The notes under the pieces were generated by a model, which saw nothing but the letters and a program-made list of their open reading frames with translations, was not told where the DNA came from and searched no databases. This document shows, piece by piece, positions 19,090-27,836 of a stretch of 64,000 bases of DNA; position 1 is the first letter of the stretch, and each line of letters opens with the position of its first letter. This DNA comes from an uncultured Acidimicrobiia bacterium (GTDB taxonomy: Bacteria; Actinomycetota; Acidimicrobiia; Spongiisociales; JAENVV01), in the NCBI GenBank assembly GCA_963835515.1, contig CAWIFX010000043.1:118261-182260 (forward strand), in the 5' to 3' direction. A program made the translations under genes and the position numbers.

Positions 19090-20039
19090 ACCTCGACGAA
19101 CGCGCTCGCCAGGCCTCGGCCGGACTGCGGGCCACGGTCGCCGCCTCTCCGGTCTCGAGTCCGATCCCCGGTATGGCTCGCTGGGAATGGGTGCCCCGCG
19201 CCCTGGCAGCCGTCGGTACTGCTGCGGCGATAGTCGTCGTCGCCATCCTGACGATCCAGGTTGCTCCTCAGACCCCGGCCCCGATTACCCAGCCCCCGGA
19301 CGGCACGGTCATCCCGGAATTTATCCCACCGGTCGAAGACTCACTGCTCACAACGGATACCACCGAACCGACGACAACGACGTCGGCCAGAGAGGGCGAT
19401 CCGATAGCTCCATCCGGCACCGGGGAGACCGGCGAATCCGGCCAGGTACTCGTCGTTGACACTGAGGCTCCTGCGCTGGTGATCCTTTCGCCGGAGAACG
19501 GCCAGGTCTTTGAAACGGACGTCGTGAGGTTCTCGGGCACTACCGAACCTGGTGCCGCGGTCAGAGCAGGCCGCTACGAGGCAGATGTCTCATCGGACGG
19601 TAAATGGTCGATTGTGCTGGTCTTGAGTCCTGGCTCCAACCGGGCGTTGTTCACCGCTACGGACGAGGCCGGCAACGAAGCTACCGCGCAGGTGGTGGTT
19701 GATTTCAAACGGCCAGTCGCATCAACCACGACGACCAAGCCGAAGAAGGACACGACCACGACGACCAAGGCTGATTTTGTAGAGTTTTCAGCGAACCAGG
19801 TCTACGGGACGTGCCCATCGTCGCCGCCGTTCGATGTCTTCTGGGGCACTGCCCAACCGGGCTCCAAGGTGATTGTCACGTCCGATTACGGTAGCGGCTC
19901 GGTCCTTGCCAACGCCGACGGGGGTTGGGAGCTGCGCGTGGAGTTCCCGGAAGCTCCCGCCGACGTTTTCTTCCTCGTGACCGCCAAATCCGTGGCTACG
20001 GGTCGGGCCAAGTCGTTCGAGTTCGCCTACAAGCCCTAG
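19086..20039 (+). CDS. Anti-sigma factor: single TM, extracytoplasmic Ig-like plus one 'FxANQ…FPEAPA' repeat domain
   Basis: Translationally coupled to the ECF sigma (ATGA overlap). Short cytoplasmic N-terminus, TM helix (ALAAVGTAAAIVVVAILTI), and an ectodomain homologous to the 17039..18418 product. Confidence 0.7.
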   Translation: MNLDERARQASAGLRATVAASPVSSPIPGMARWEWVPRALAAVGTAAAIVVVAILTIQVAPQTPAPITQPPDGTVIPEFIPPVEDSLLTTDTTEPTTTTSAREGDPIAPSGTGETGESGQVLVVDTEAPALVILSPENGQVFETDVVRFSGTTEPGAAVRAGRYEADVSSDGKWSIVLVLSPGSNRALFTATDEAGNEATAQVVVDFKRPVASTTTTKPKKDTTTTTKADFVEFSANQVYGTCPSSPPFDVFWGTAQPGSKVIVTSDYGSGSVLANADGGWELRVEFPEAPADVFFLVTAKSVATGRAKSFEFAYKP

Positions 20040-20164
20040 GCATCCAGGTCGTGATCCAGGTTTCCTTTCGCTCCGTATAACCGTGCGGACCAAAAGAGGA
20101 AATCATTAACGATTCACAGGCGCTACCCGAACAAACCACAAAACGGCTGCGGACGTTCAACCTC

Positions 20165-20878
20165 GTGATGGGAGCGGCCCATCTCATTCAATCGATCGCG
20201 GTCCTGTTCCTCGCCAACGACTTCTCGCTTCCGGTGGTCGGCTCCTTCCTGTCCGGCCCGCCTGGATCGGGGGATTTCGAGGTTGTCAACCTGTTTGATG
20301 TGCGAGTGGCCTACGGGGTTGCTGGCTTCCTGTGGCTTTCGGCAGCTGCCCATTTCCTCGTGGCGTCGCCGGGTATCAACGATTGGTACAACCGGAATTT
20401 GGCACAACGTCGCAATTACGCTCGATGGATCGAATACTCGATCAGCTCATCGTTGATGGTCGTGCTGATCGCCATGCTCACTGGTATCGCCGAAGTGTCG
20501 GCACTTGTAGTCATCTTTGGCGTGAACGCGTCGATGATTCTCTTCGGATGGCTCATGGAAAAGTATGAGCAGCCCGGCTCGACCAACTGGCTCTCATATT
20601 GGTTCGGAGTTATTGCTGGCCTGTTTCCCTGGCTGGCTATCGGCATCTATCTCTGGACACCTGGGTCGGAGTCGTCACCTCCAGGGTTCGTCTATGCGAT
20701 CTTTGTCTCGCTCTTCGTGTTCTTCAACACGTTTGCGGTGAACATGGTGCTCCAGTACCGCCAGACCGGCAAGTGGCGTGACTACATCTACGGGGAGCGC
20801 GCCTACATCTGGTTGAGCCTGCTCGCTAAGTCAGCCCTCGCCTGGCAGGTATTCGGAGGAACCCTCGCCACCGGGTAG
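20165..20878 (+). CDS. Heliorhodopsin (7-TM retinal-binding protein with inverted topology)
   Basis: 237 aa with 7 TM helices. Matches hallmark heliorhodopsin blocks recalled from HeR 48C12: RW(I/V)EYS(I/L)SSS with the counterion Glu, FGVNASMILFGW, GERAYI(W/V)LSL(L/V)AKSALAWQ(V/I)F with the Schiff-base Lys in TM7, and (P)GFVY(A/G)I. Confidence 0.8.
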   Translation: MMGAAHLIQSIAVLFLANDFSLPVVGSFLSGPPGSGDFEVVNLFDVRVAYGVAGFLWLSAAAHFLVASPGINDWYNRNLAQRRNYARWIEYSISSSLMVVLIAMLTGIAEVSALVVIFGVNASMILFGWLMEKYEQPGSTNWLSYWFGVIAGLFPWLAIGIYLWTPGSESSPPGFVYAIFVSLFVFFNTFAVNMVLQYRQTGKWRDYIYGERAYIWLSLLAKSALAWQVFGGTLATG

Positions 20879-20917
20879 TGGCGTTTCAGTTCTGCTGGTG
20901 TTGGGTAAGCCCCGTCC

Positions 20918-21571
20918 ATGGGCGTATTCGAGCTGGATCGGGATGAACAGGGTCGGGGCGTAGCTCCTCAGGAGCTTCGTTGGGCGTTGGCTGGCGGAGC
21001 GCTGGTCGCCATTTTCGGATTCGGAATGATGGCTATCGCCGGTGGTATCTCCTCGTTCGAAGCCCGCAATCTGCTCGACGCAGCCCTTCCAACCATTCGA
21101 TTCCTCGCCTCGACGCTGGTCGCCGCCTCGACAACGATCCTTGCGCTGATGCTGGCGCTCATCGGCATCACGGCCAGCCACGACGCCAACTTCAAACCGG
21201 GATTCTTCAAACGCATACGACAGATCTCGACGCTGTGCATCCTGCTTCTCGCAGGTTCGGCACTGCTGTTGCTGTTCCTGACGGTCCCGATCGACGAGGC
21301 GGAAGGAATACAGCGTCGCTACGAAATCGTCTACTACCTCGTACTGGCCGGGGCAGCTGCCTCAACCGGGATGCTCGTGACGGTCATGCTGATGCTTCGA
21401 TATGCGGTCGAAGGAGTTATCGACGTGTTGACGCCCGGTGCCGACAGTCCGTTCGTGATGGATGAGGAAGACGCCGACGAAGGACACGAAGAAATCTCGG
21501 CGTTGGTCACTGACCCGACCACTCCCGTGGTGAGTGAGGCCGAGCTAGTTAGCGATCGAAACGCGAATTGA
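20918..21571 (+). CDS. Hypothetical polytopic membrane protein (acidic C-terminal tail)
   Basis: 4-5 TM helices. An internal ~75-nt stretch (21170-21245) recurs at 93% identity at 31741-31815. Confidence 0.5.
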   Translation: MGVFELDRDEQGRGVAPQELRWALAGGALVAIFGFGMMAIAGGISSFEARNLLDAALPTIRFLASTLVAASTTILALMLALIGITASHDANFKPGFFKRIRQISTLCILLLAGSALLLLFLTVPIDEAEGIQRRYEIVYYLVLAGAAASTGMLVTVMLMLRYAVEGVIDVLTPGADSPFVMDEEDADEGHEEISALVTDPTTPVVSEAELVSDRNAN

Positions 21572-21928
21572 CGACGACCGCTCGTTCGACTCGAAAGTGA
21601 TATCGGTAGCCACCGATCCCAGCACCATGCCCCCGATGGAATCACTCCAATCGACAGGGGGCCATGCGTCGGCCGATGTTTCTACTGACATGACGAACTC
21701 AACTGTGTGGGCGTTCCCTGCCAGAGCCGTACGGAGGGTGGTGTCGGTCGCCAGATCTAGGAGCGCCGTAGCGGATTCATCAATGGCCAGGCCAAGGTCC
21801 TCGACCCGGTCATAACCGAGGCCGGCCAGGTCGGCGGCTCGATTCGCCATGGACCGGACCACCCGTACCATCGCCGGATGGCCGGGCAGTTCCACAATCA
21901 TTGTCTCCGGGGTCGCAGGGTGTTCCAT
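21545..21928 (-). CDS. Anti-sigma regulatory factor, RsbW/UsfX-like with degenerate ATPase motifs
   Basis: ~128 aa with fold-level resemblance to GHKL anti-sigma kinases (…DLGLAIDESATALLD…), but the N-box Asn/His are absent. Divergent from the STAS gene. Confidence 0.45.
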   Translation of the reverse strand: MEHPATPETMIVELPGHPAMVRVVRSMANRAADLAGLGYDRVEDLGLAIDESATALLDLATDTTLRTALAGNAHTVEFVMSVETSADAWPPVDWSDSIGGMVLGSVATDITFESNERSSSIRVSIAN

Positions 21929-21966
21929 GGCTCGTATACTACGGCACCATCCAAGGGGAGGTCTCG

Positions 21967-22302
21967 TTGACACATCTAACGATTGAACAAAGTGAATCGA
22001 ACGGCAAGTGTGTCCTGACTACCGTCGGAGAGATTGACCTGGCCTCAGCGCCAGATCTGGAAAGTCGGCTCAGCCAGTGCTTGGGTGACGGACCGGTGGT
22101 AGTCGACCTGTCAGCGGTTTCCTTTATCGATTCGACCGGGCTGCGCGTACTCCTGGCTGCTCACTCGGGGGCCGGTGATGGCGGTAACGAGCTCGGACTC
22201 GTCGTGACCGACGGTCCCGTCACCAAACTCTTGTCGATAACGGGTGTTGATGGACACCTGAATATCTTCCGATCGGTGGATGCCGCCAGTTCTGATGCGT
22301 AA
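21967..22302 (+). CDS. STAS-domain anti-sigma-factor antagonist (RsbV/SpoIIAA-like)
   Basis: …VDLSAVSFIDSTGLRVLL… is the STAS signature with the phosphorylatable Ser in DST. TTG start preceded by AAGGGGAGG RBS. Confidence 0.75.
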   Translation: MTHLTIEQSESNGKCVLTTVGEIDLASAPDLESRLSQCLGDGPVVVDLSAVSFIDSTGLRVLLAAHSGAGDGGNELGLVVTDGPVTKLLSITGVDGHLNIFRSVDAASSDA

Positions 22303-22684
22303 TCAGCCTGACGGTCCCTTTAAGCTGATAATCCCAAGCAGCGCGGATCACGTCGCCACGGCTCGCTTGTTCATCGCCAGTCTGGGAAGGACGCTCGGAC
22401 TGCATGCCGAGGTGATCGATGATCTGCGGTTGGCTGTCTCGGAAGCCGTAACTGCCGCGATTCTTTCCGCCCGGTCATCCGAAGTCACCATCAGTGGGAC
22501 GATCGGCCCCGAAGGCGTCTCGGTGCGAGTTGGGCCGCTCTCTGACAATGGTGCCGCAGGCGAACCCGCCCCAACCGATCAGCCCTCCCTCGATCTCGGA
22601 TCGATCGTTCGGGCGCTTTTTCACAACGCTGCGTTTGAAGGAGATACGTTGGTTATTGCCGTCTCGTGGCGACCGCCCACATGA
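22295..22684 (+). CDS. Anti-sigma regulatory factor, RsbW-like (degenerate ATPase motifs)
   Basis: Overlaps the STAS stop (ATGCGTAA) and the sigma start (ATGA). …DDLRLAVSEAVTAAIL… is an N-box-like region lacking Asn/His. Confidence 0.5.
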   Translation: MRNQPDGPFKLIIPSSADHVATARLFIASLGRTLGLHAEVIDDLRLAVSEAVTAAILSARSSEVTISGTIGPEGVSVRVGPLSDNGAAGEPAPTDQPSLDLGSIVRALFHNAAFEGDTLVIAVSWRPPT

Positions 22685-23409
22685 CCGGTTCGGTCGAACA
22701 CGAGAACTGGTTCGACCGGCGCGACGATCCTGACGTCAGGCGTCAGATCGTTGAACGGTACGACGCGCTCGCCATTGGACTGGCCCAACGATTCCGGGGG
22801 AGGGGCGAGGCGACCGATGACCTGGTTCAGGTTGCTCGATACGGTCTCCTGAAGACTATCGATCGGTTCGACGTATCGGTCGGTGTGCAGTTCTCGACGT
22901 TTGCGACGAAGTCGATTCTCGGCGAGCTCAAACGCCACCTTCGAGACAAGGCTTGGTCGGTCCGGGTTCCGCGGTCGCTGCAAGAGACTTACTTGCGAAC
23001 CGGTCGAACCGTCGAAGAGTTGACCCAGAAACTAGGTCGCTCGCCGACGATTGCCGAGATTGCCGAGGAGCTGGAGATAACGGCTGAAGAAGTCCTCGAC
23101 GCCATGGATGCCGGCTCGGCCTTCACGGCAGCTTCGCTCGACCTGCCGGTCGGCGACGATGACGGTGGCTCAACGCTCGGCGACCTGTTGCCGTTCGAAG
23201 ACGAGATCCTTGGTCGATCAGACGAACGGGCCACGGTGTCGGAACACTTGAAGGCGCTTCCGGAGCGGGAACGGCAAATCATCTATCTCAGGTTCTTCGA
23301 AGCCAAGTCGCAGCGGGAGGTCGCCGACGAACTCGGCATATCTCAGATGCATGTTTCCCGACTCTTGAGGAAAGCTCTGTCGGACCTTCGGGTAGCCATC
23401 GACGCTTAA
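22681..23409 (+). CDS. Group 3 sigma-70 factor, SigB/SigF/SigG family
   Basis: Regions 2.x (…DLVQVARYGLLKTIDRFD…), 3 and 4 (…QREVADELGISQMHVSRLLRKAL…). Last gene of the STAS-RsbW-sigma operon. Confidence 0.85.
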   Translation: MTGSVEHENWFDRRDDPDVRRQIVERYDALAIGLAQRFRGRGEATDDLVQVARYGLLKTIDRFDVSVGVQFSTFATKSILGELKRHLRDKAWSVRVPRSLQETYLRTGRTVEELTQKLGRSPTIAEIAEELEITAEEVLDAMDAGSAFTAASLDLPVGDDDGGSTLGDLLPFEDEILGRSDERATVSEHLKALPERERQIIYLRFFEAKSQREVADELGISQMHVSRLLRKALSDLRVAIDA

Positions 23410-23414
23410 CGAAA

Positions 23415-23443
23415 ATGGGGACGGACCCGGTCCGTCCCCATTC
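23415..23443. terminator. Intrinsic terminator hairpin after the sigB-like operon
   Basis: AATGGGGACGGACC-C-GGTCCGTCCCCATT, a perfect 14-bp stem, followed by a CTTCTACTTTGTTGG T-rich tract. Confidence 0.6.
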
Positions 23444-23461
23444 TTCTACTTTGTTGGTTGG

Positions 23462-23722
23462 CTAGGCAGTCACGCCACGGGACCGGGCAGCCCGGTACAC
23501 GAGCAGGGTCACGATCGAACCTACGATCGAACCGATGATTCCCGAGGCGGAAAGCTCCAGGTTCCCTTCGAACACGAGGGCAGCAAGGGACCCACCAACG
23601 AAAGAACCAACGACGCCGAGCAGGATGGTGCCGAGCACGCCCATCGGGTCGTCACCTGGCACGATGAATCGGGCCAGAGCTCCGGCGATCAAGCCGACGA
23701 TAAGAAACGTAATGATGCCCAT
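23462..23722 (-). CDS. GlsB/YeaQ/YmgE-family small stress membrane protein (transglycosylase-associated protein)
   Basis: ~86 aa with Gly-zipper TM helices (GIITFLIVGLIAGALARFIVPG…) and a GGAGGA RBS. Start taken at the internal ATG. Confidence 0.7.
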   Translation of the reverse strand: MGIITFLIVGLIAGALARFIVPGDDPMGVLGTILLGVVGSFVGGSLAALVFEGNLELSASGIIGSIVGSIVTLLVYRAARSRGVTA

Positions 23723-23880
23723 GATTGATCCTCCTATTGGTTGGGCTTTCTTGTTGCCGGCCTGTACCCCGTGTCCTGGGAATCCAAACATGGTTCTTCT
23801 TCCTTTTCGGTGTTCTTTCTCTCCACGTTTGAAGCCTCGCTTGGAGGGGTAGGACAGGCCTACCTAGTGGAGGGCATTGG

Positions 23881-24909
23881 ATGTTGGATGAGCGTGACCG
23901 GGTTGACGTTCCTGAGCGGTTGAATGGCCCGGCAATTGCCGAGATGAAGAATGTGTCGAAGGTCTTCGCCTCGGGCGATGGCGTTCACGGCATCAATCTT
24001 TCGATTCCAAGCGGTTCCATCTTCGGTTTCATCGGTCCGAGCGGCTCGGGCAAGACGACCACCGTGAGACTGCTCACCTCGATCCTCGAGCCCACCGAAG
24101 GCGACGTGCGGGTCATGGACGAGGATCCGTCGAAATTCACTGAAGAGACCCGCAGTCGGATCGGCTACATGCCGCAGCGGTCGGTGCTCTACCCCAACTT
24201 GTCGGTTTGGGAGAACCTGCGATTCTTCGCGTCTCTGTACGGGATCGGTCGGGATCGGTCCCCACTCGACAAAGTGCTCGAGCTCGTCGAGCTTGATAGT
24301 CACGATCGCAAAAGGGTGTCGCAGATCTCGGGAGGGATGCGCCGACGGCTGAGTCTCGCCGCGGCCCTGGTTCATGATCCCCAGCTGATTTTCCTAGACG
24401 AACCCACTGCCGGAATCGACCCGGTGCTGCGGCGCAAGATGTGGGACCACTTCGAGTCGCTTCGTTCCGAAGGACGGACGCTGTTCGTGACGACTCAGTA
24501 CGTAGGCGAAGCGGCGTACTGCGACTATGTCGGCGTGCTGGCTGAGGGTCGTTTGCTACTCGTTGACACGCCTACCGGTCTTCGTCATGCCGCGTTCGGT
24601 GGCGATGTCCTACATGTTGACTTCCCGGCGCCGCCGACCCGTGACCTGGTCGCCCGGATCGCCACCGCTGTCGGCGCATCGGATCATGGATTTCTATCAG
24701 GACGCCGGGTGCGCTTTGTCGTGGAGGAGGCTTCCGAGGCCCTCCCGTTGTTGGGTGCATTCGTGAGCGACGAAGGTGTCGAGGTCGACGCCTTTGAAGA
24801 ATTCCTTCCTCCCTTCGACGACGTCTTTGTAGAGCTGATCGAGCAGCATCGGGCGAACGATTCGACGTTGGACGAAAGTGAAGAATCAGGCGAGCTGGTC
24901 CATGTTTAG
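23881..24909 (+). CDS. ABC transporter ATP-binding protein (ABC-2 exporter type) with C-terminal extension
   Basis: Walker A GPSGSGKTT, signature SGGMRRRLSLA, Walker B LIFLDEPTAGID. Confidence 0.85.
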   Translation: MLDERDRVDVPERLNGPAIAEMKNVSKVFASGDGVHGINLSIPSGSIFGFIGPSGSGKTTTVRLLTSILEPTEGDVRVMDEDPSKFTEETRSRIGYMPQRSVLYPNLSVWENLRFFASLYGIGRDRSPLDKVLELVELDSHDRKRVSQISGGMRRRLSLAAALVHDPQLIFLDEPTAGIDPVLRRKMWDHFESLRSEGRTLFVTTQYVGEAAYCDYVGVLAEGRLLLVDTPTGLRHAAFGGDVLHVDFPAPPTRDLVARIATAVGASDHGFLSGRRVRFVVEEASEALPLLGAFVSDEGVEVDAFEEFLPPFDDVFVELIEQHRANDSTLDESEESGELVHV

Positions 24910-26374
24910 CACCAACGGATTCATTCGCTCCTGGGCTTTCTTCCGCAAGGAAGTCGCTGAGCTGGTGCGCCAGCCCAAGCTGGTTGTCACGCTCGTGCTG
25001 GCTCCCTTCTTGATCCTGGCCCTTTTCGGCGCCGGCTACCGGCAAACGAATGGTCCGCTCCGAACGATCTTTGTGTCGGCGGATGAGGAGACCTTTCAGA
25101 CCGTGATAGAACCGCGCCTTGCCGAGCTTGGGAACGCGCTGGAGTCGGCCGGAGTCACCGGGTCGCGCGACTCTGCCATCGGAATGCTTCGGAGCGGGGA
25201 AGTCGACGTCGTGGTCGTCGTGCCCGACGACCCGGAGGCGACCATCCGCACCAACGAGCAAGCTGTCTTTGAAGTACTCCACGATCAGCTTGACCCATAC
25301 GAGCGAGCCACGATCGGCCTCATAACTCAGGCTGCCGTCGACGCAGTAAACCGGTCGATTCTTGAGGAGCTCGTTGCCGAAGGCCAGGTCCGGTCCGACG
25401 ACGCGGCCCTAACCGAAGCGCGTCAGACAAGTACGGCGTTGCGAGCAGCCATGGAGCAGGGTGATCAGCTTGCGGCTCGGAACGAGCGGAACCGACTCAT
25501 GGAGCAGCTGGACGCTTGGGCATCAGCCGACGCTGGGAACGGTTCGAGCGGACTCGAATCGGAGGAGGCCGGTTCGAACCCAACCGTGTTGCGCGACCGC
25601 GCCCAGCAGCTCGACGTTTCAAGTCAGGATTCATCCGAACTTGAAACCGTCAGGTCACTCGAAGCGGACCTGATAGAACTCGACGATGCGGCCGCAGAGT
25701 TTCGTTCCATCGAGCCGACGGTGATCGTAAGCCCGTTTGAAGTGGCCACCGACCTGGTTGGCTCGACCGAACTCAGCGTGACCGACTTTTATGCGCCCGG
25801 GGTAATTGCCCTGCTTCTCCAACATCTGGCGATCACCTTTGCCGGCTTGTCGCTCGTCCGCGAACGTGCGCTCGGTACGACGGAACTGTTCAAGGTTGCT
25901 CCGTTGCGCGCCACGCAGATGCTCGTGGGAAAGTACCTCGGCTATGCAGTTGTTGCTGCCGTCGTAGCGGTTGCTTTGAGCGGCCTCATGTTCTGGGGGT
26001 TCGGCGTTCCGTTCCTGGGGTCAGTCGCCGACTATGCCATTGTCCTGGCGCTGCTGGTGGTGGCGTCGCTCGGGGTTGGGTTCGTCGTTTCGTCCGTGGT
26101 CTCGTCCGATACCCAGGCGGTGAATGCCTCAATGATCATGCTGCTGATGAGCATCTTCTTCTCTGGCTTCTTCCTTTCCATCGAGCGGCTCGTGCCAGAA
26201 GTTCAGGCCGTGTCTTGGGCGCTGCCGATTACGCACGCCCTTGACAGCCTGCGCGATGTCCTGTTTCGGGGGTCCGGGATCGATCTGCGCACCACATTCG
26301 CTCTTGGGGGTGGTGCCCTTGCCCTGTTCGTCGCCGCCGCTGTCCTTACCCACCGCCGCTTAGCGGCAGACTGA
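24902..26374 (+). CDS. ABC-2 family permease with large extracytoplasmic loop between TM1 and TM2
   Basis: N-terminal TM, a ~230-aa periplasmic/coiled-coil loop, then 5 C-terminal TM helices. Overlaps the ATPase gene by 8 nt. Confidence 0.8.
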   Translation: MFSTNGFIRSWAFFRKEVAELVRQPKLVVTLVLAPFLILALFGAGYRQTNGPLRTIFVSADEETFQTVIEPRLAELGNALESAGVTGSRDSAIGMLRSGEVDVVVVVPDDPEATIRTNEQAVFEVLHDQLDPYERATIGLITQAAVDAVNRSILEELVAEGQVRSDDAALTEARQTSTALRAAMEQGDQLAARNERNRLMEQLDAWASADAGNGSSGLESEEAGSNPTVLRDRAQQLDVSSQDSSELETVRSLEADLIELDDAAAEFRSIEPTVIVSPFEVATDLVGSTELSVTDFYAPGVIALLLQHLAITFAGLSLVRERALGTTELFKVAPLRATQMLVGKYLGYAVVAAVVAVALSGLMFWGFGVPFLGSVADYAIVLALLVVASLGVGFVVSSVVSSDTQAVNASMIMLLMSIFFSGFFLSIERLVPEVQAVSWALPITHALDSLRDVLFRGSGIDLRTTFALGGGALALFVAAAVLTHRRLAAD

Positions 26375-26385
26375 AGAGGCCTCCC

Positions 26386-26886
26386 ATGTTTTCATTAAGC
26401 CCGGTTCCCCCCGGCGACCTAACCCAAGCCCGAATCGAGGGCCTTGCCGAAGATGCAGTACCCGGAGACGTGGCGGTCGAACTCGAGCATTGGGATGTCA
26501 AAGGCTGGTTCATCGATGTCACATTCGGCGTGCTGGCCGTTGTAGCCGGCGTGGCCGGTCTGGTCCTCCCGTTTCTGCCGGGATGGGCTCCGATCATCGG
26601 AGGAGTCGTGCTTTTGGCAGGCCGCATTCCGCCGCTCCGCCGCTTGCTGAGCCGCTTCATCATGCTCTCGCCGTGTCAGGGATTCCTCGATCGGTTGGCC
26701 CGGAATCCGAAACTGAGAAAGGTGATGGCCAAGGCACTCCTCCGCAAGAAAGTTCGCAGCGCCGTTGAGCCGAATGCCCGGCGTGAAATGGTAAATATCC
26801 TGGTCCGCAACGACGCCGAGAAGGCGGGGACCGGAGAAACGAATGCAAACACCGATCAAGCCTACGGCGGGGATAAGATGGTCTAA
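26386..26886 (+). CDS. PGPGW-type small membrane protein
   Basis: Two TM helices with the LPFLPGW motif and a basic C-terminus. Confidence 0.45.
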   Translation: MFSLSPVPPGDLTQARIEGLAEDAVPGDVAVELEHWDVKGWFIDVTFGVLAVVAGVAGLVLPFLPGWAPIIGGVVLLAGRIPPLRRLLSRFIMLSPCQGFLDRLARNPKLRKVMAKALLRKKVRSAVEPNARREMVNILVRNDAEKAGTGETNANTDQAYGGDKMV

Positions 26887-27836
26887 TGGATTGGTATCTG
26901 GACGACGGCGACAGCGAAGGCGCCACGGTCATCCGTCGCGAATTCGTCGATTATCTTCGCCGGCATGCCGACCCGTCCTCCGAGATTGATCTCGCCGCTC
27001 TGGCTTTCGCTGAGCTGGTCAACAACGGAGTGGAACACGCCGGAGGCCCGGTTTGGGTCTCGGTCGACTGGGCAGGTCGTCATCCGATCGTCTCAGTCAA
27101 TGATCTCGGGTCTTCCTTCCAGATGAGCGAGGTTGCAATGCCTGACCCAACCGCGGTCAGGGGACGAGGTCTAGCCATCGCCGCTGATCTGGCCGCCAGG
27201 CTCGAGGTGGCTCAAAAAGCCGGCGGCGGTGCCCGGGTTGAGGCCGAACTCAACGTTGATCGAGGTGACCAGCAGGATCTGGATCCGCCGCGCCGCACCC
27301 GCAACGTGCTCCCTGATTTAGCCGAAGCCGGTCCGGACGGTTTCGGCAGAGAGTCCTTCCTTCGGTCACTGGTGGTCCAAATGGCACAGGGGGTCGAACA
27401 CGCTCTCGGACCCATGGCGGCGGAGTCGGCGGTTGCCCAGGTGGGCGCCGATGTGGGTGGCCAGATGGAGACCGAGTTTCGATCGAGTCACCCCGGGCTT
27501 CGTGAGCTCATGACCCCCACCGAGACTGGCGACTGCTATGTGCGGCTCAAGCAAGCCATCGGTGGTGATTTCTACGTGCTGGAGGCCGACGAGGATCGAA
27601 TCGTTTTGGCCAATCGGGCGTGTCCGTTCGGTGAGGCAGTCCTGCGAGCTCCTGCGCTATGCCGGATGACTTCGAGTGTTTTCGGGGGAATCGCGGCTCG
27701 CAATTTTGGTGAGGCGACCGTGGTGCTTGAGGAGCGGATCGCGGTTGGCGACCCGGCGTGCCGCGTCGTTGTCTACCTCGGCGAGCAACCCGAGATTCCG
27801 CACGGGCATCGCTACCAGGCGCCAGTCCGTACCTAA
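26886..27836 (+). CDS. RsbW-type GHKL ATPase (anti-sigma regulatory factor-like) fused to a C-terminal V4R (4-vinyl-reductase-type small-molecule-binding) domain
   Basis: Intact N-box ELVNNGVEHAGG and a G-box-like region in the N-terminus. The C-terminus (…ANRACPFGEAVLRAPALCRMTSSVFGGIAARNFGEATVVLEERIAVGDPACRVVV…) fits the V4R Cys pattern. Confidence 0.6.
   Translation: MDWYLDDGDSEGATVIRREFVDYLRRHADPSSEIDLAALAFAELVNNGVEHAGGPVWVSVDWAGRHPIVSVNDLGSSFQMSEVAMPDPTAVRGRGLAIAADLAARLEVAQKAGGGARVEAELNVDRGDQQDLDPPRRTRNVLPDLAEAGPDGFGRESFLRSLVVQMAQGVEHALGPMAAESAVAQVGADVGGQMETEFRSSHPGLRELMTPTETGDCYVRLKQAIGGDFYVLEADEDRIVLANRACPFGEAVLRAPALCRMTSSVFGGIAARNFGEATVVLEERIAVGDPACRVVVYLGEQPEIPHGHRYQAPVRT

Noticed and set aside
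21545-23409. Assigning the two short RsbW-like proteins as active Ser kinases
   Set aside because: Their N-box Asn/His and G-boxes are absent, so I describe them as degenerate RsbW/UsfX-like anti-sigma proteins rather than kinases. Only the 26886..27836 protein has intact ATPase motifs.
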